A DNA stretch of 10,124 bases, from positions 1-10,124 of the forward strand of contig BAAFSQ010000335.1 of the NCBI GenBank assembly GCA_054661495.1, in the 5' to 3' direction. The DNA is from Zygophlyctis sp. KS116. Its lineage: Eukaryota; Fungi; Chytridiomycota. The notes under the pieces are model-generated. The model was not told the origin of the DNA. It did no database searches and worked only from the letters and a program-made list of their open reading frames with translations. The translations under genes were made by a program, and so were the position numbers. Positions 7,828-10,124 of the stretch are shown piece by piece; within the stretch, counting starts at the first letter, position 1, and each line of letters starts with the position of its first letter.

Positions 7828-8208
7828 CTATGTTCGTTTGTTAAACCAAGTAGACAAGTCTATGTTCCTTCGAAGCAACTGTCTGTTAACATGAGGAGTA
7901 AGAGTAGCAGTCAAAGCCAATCTCACTGGCAGAATCAGTTTATGAGCCATCACAGAAATTACAAAAATTGTTCCAAAGGATCCAAACTTTGAAATATATA
8001 CATCTTTGTCATTTTTCGATGCATCATTAGACAATTCAGAGGATCTTTCATATCCAAAATATGACTGTATACTTTTCATTTTATCTCGGATCATTTCAGG
8101 ATCTAATCCGCAGTAGAATGCAGCCATCCAAGAACTGAATGATACTACTGATATTGAAGTATAGGTCGCAAATGCAACAGGACCTAATTTCCGCAATGAT
8201 TTAAACAT
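7828..8208 (-). CDS. FAM210/DUF1279-family small membrane protein, 126 aa, apparently intronless
   Basis: LRKLGPVAFATYTSISVVSF...GLD and FVISVMAHKLILPVRLALTATLTP match the recalled DUF1279 pattern (G..Y..IS..S and HK...PVR...T...TP). Confidence 0.8.
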   Translation of the reverse strand: MFKSLRKLGPVAFATYTSISVVSFSSWMAAFYCGLDPEMIRDKMKSIQSYFGYERSSELSNDASKNDKDVYISKFGSFGTIFVISVMAHKLILPVRLALTATLTPHVNRQLLRRNIDLSTWFNKRT

Positions 8209-9475
8209 GATTTAAAATTTGAAGAGTCAAAAATGTCTCCCGACGATTACTGCGCTGGTATCAGAGGGCTAGCGCTAGGCCTAAAGATTTGGCGTGAGTT
8301 AGCATAGTTCCATCAATGTATCAACGTCAAATTATATCTTAATTACGAATAGTAATGTCTCGCACTACATGAAAGTAAGATATTTATTTTCCAGCGGAAA
8401 CAACGGTAAAATCACGAACCCTACTCTAAAGCCTTGGACTTACATATTGTATTATAATATTTATACAATAAATTCGACTCTTCGACACCATTACCATGAT
8501 CCAAAGGCCAATTTTTTATTTCAACAGATTGAGGATTGATCCTTCCATTTTTAAAATCACTATTTTGAAACGCATTGTTCAAGATCTTCCAGGAAAGTGC
8601 ACGTATGTAACAATTTATGGTTTTTGGCCTTTAGAGATTAAGTAGAATTTAGCATAGCGCGGTTTACTCCCCTGGTTGAGAGATATTGATCGATCATTTC
8701 TTGACGATGAGTAAGGTTGGAGCGAAAAGCCATTGTCTTGTATCCCGGCGGAGATGTTTAAATTTGACCATATATTGAATCGATGAAGGTGACAGATAAG
8801 GCTTCAGCTACAATACATCCTATTTGATTTCGGTCTGGATTATAATTTGCTATGCGAGATTTACATAAATGACATTTTGGAGAATGGCTAGACTGGCGGC
8901 TCAGATAATAATCAAATCCAAATGCAGTTATCTCAAATACAAATCATTGTATTTAAAAACTAATACAAATACAAATCATCTTCACTTTGACCGATATTTG
9001 GCATTGCGGAACACCATTGGTGACCACAATTGCGAGCAATTCCTAAATTTTTTTTTTAAAATTCAGAGATGATGACCGTTATAAATGAAATACTTAACTA
9101 TAAAAGAGCCCAGAAACTAGTATTCTGCCTTAATGATAAACATTCCAATACTTTGGAACTATCGTTTACATTAATGGTTAATGACTCGAACAACCAGATT
9201 AATACCCATATTAACTAACAACAAAAAAGTGACCCTTCTAGTTAGGTTAGACCCTTAACTAAAATAATAAATCTATTAACTTAACTATATTCTCTATATC
9301 AGTTTTAGATGTCCCAAATAATTGTAAAAATACACACGTTGAAAAGAGTGAACAGTATATTCAGCAAAAAGAAAAACACCAAAAGCACCGAAAGCTACAA
9401 AAGCCACTTAATCACTTATATTAAATTCAATTAAATTCTCTTAATCAACCTCAAGGAAACGTCCGAAAAAAAATT

Positions 9476-10014
9476 ATGGAATTAGAAAATGGAAACAAAC
9501 CGATCTTCGCCAAAACTGATATTCTTCATAATGGAGTCTTGGCAGAAGAAGTGATAACAAAGATTCAAAAAGAATTTGCTAAAAATGGAATTAATGAAAT
9601 TAATTCAGATATTCTATTAAAGTCATCTTATTTCAATTATACTTTTAAAAAGAAGGCTCTTGTAAGGAAGTACAGATTCTTTCAGTTCCAATTATGACAG
9701 TTACTGTGGCCACAACTGATAAAGAAATATATGAATCTACTTGGATGTCTTGGAAGAAAATGATTATTCAAAGAAAAAAAAAGACGACTGTAATTCCTCT
9801 TATTGATGGTGACAAAAGAATCTATAGCCTATCATTTAGATCTGATTACGAAGGTTTCAAAGAAAAAATTTCAAATGACAATCTCAATCAGAGATTAGTT
9901 TTCTTACTGTATGTTGACCAGCATACTTGGCTATCTGATCAAATTAAAAAAGTTACAATTGGTGCGCAGATGAATACTGCTGGAAAAAGAATCTTAAAGT
10001 CAGTTAATCCTTAG
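9476..10014 (+). pseudogene. Two overlapping unassigned ORFs (9476-9697 and 9694-10014), possibly one frameshifted gene of about 179 aa
   Basis: The first ATG has an A-rich context. The second frame is open from 9649, just at an A-run (9647-9651), and one extra A there fuses the two ORFs. No 24-32-nt GT-AG intron joins them, and I recognise no domain. Confidence 0.35.
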
Positions 10015-10124
10015 AATAATAACCAATCTTTTCTCTTTGGTAATATTTATTTAAACAGATAAAATAACAAAACTAGGAATATAAGTATATATTTTTCTAG
10101 GAAAAGAATAGCGCGTCACGTCTG

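Noticed and set aside
1-8208. Alternative genetic code or stop-codon readthrough as the cause of ORF fragmentation
   Set aside because: Internal stops fall inside introns. TAA, TAG and TGA all end genes, and CTG sits at the conserved Leu of the KAS VLEE motif.
8445-8470. 8-bp inverted repeat TATTGTAT/ATACAATA
   Set aside because: Short and AT-rich, so expected by chance.
8233-9072. A hidden spliced gene in the long intergenic region (intron-like 8375-8394 and 8603-8634, an ORF of about 49 aa from 8496, ORF 8869-9072)
   Set aside because: Splicing these segments leads to stops within a few codons and gives no recognisable protein. A non-coding transcript cannot be excluded.
9069-9075. ATGATGA resembling a snoRNA C box
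   Set aside because: No CTGA D box at a suitable distance downstream.

Overview
Gene-dense, AT-rich eukaryotic nuclear DNA, most likely from an early-diverging (zoosporic) fungus. That assignment is an inference from the fungal-type PAB1, the Cem1-type ketoacyl synthase and the GPI-anchored chitin deacetylase. The ORF track is fragmented because the genes are split by extremely short GT-AG introns. By manual splicing I reconstruct six genes: (1) the 3' part of a Pro/Gln/Met-repeat protein ending in an SRA1/Sec31 C-terminal domain (<1..1440, +); (2) a mitochondrial-type beta-ketoacyl-ACP synthase, CEM1/OXSM (1478..2919, +, 7 introns); (3) poly(A)-binding protein PAB1 (2975..4920, -); (4) a 7-TM GPCR-like orphan (5151..6230, +); (5) a GPI-anchored CE4 chitin deacetylase (6629..7737, +); (6) a FAM210/DUF1279 protein (7828..8208, -). 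An AT-rich tail carries two unassigned, overlapping ORFs (9476..10014). Main highlights: all 16 coding introns are 24-32 nt with a degenerate branch site at a nearly fixed distance from the 3' end; a candidate 25-nt 5'UTR intron in PAB1 would join an oligo(A) leader directly to the AUG; and only 37 nt separate two tandem genes. The standard genetic code fits. I see no tRNA, rRNA, CRISPR array or recognisable transposon. All gene models are by eye, with no database search or transcript evidence.
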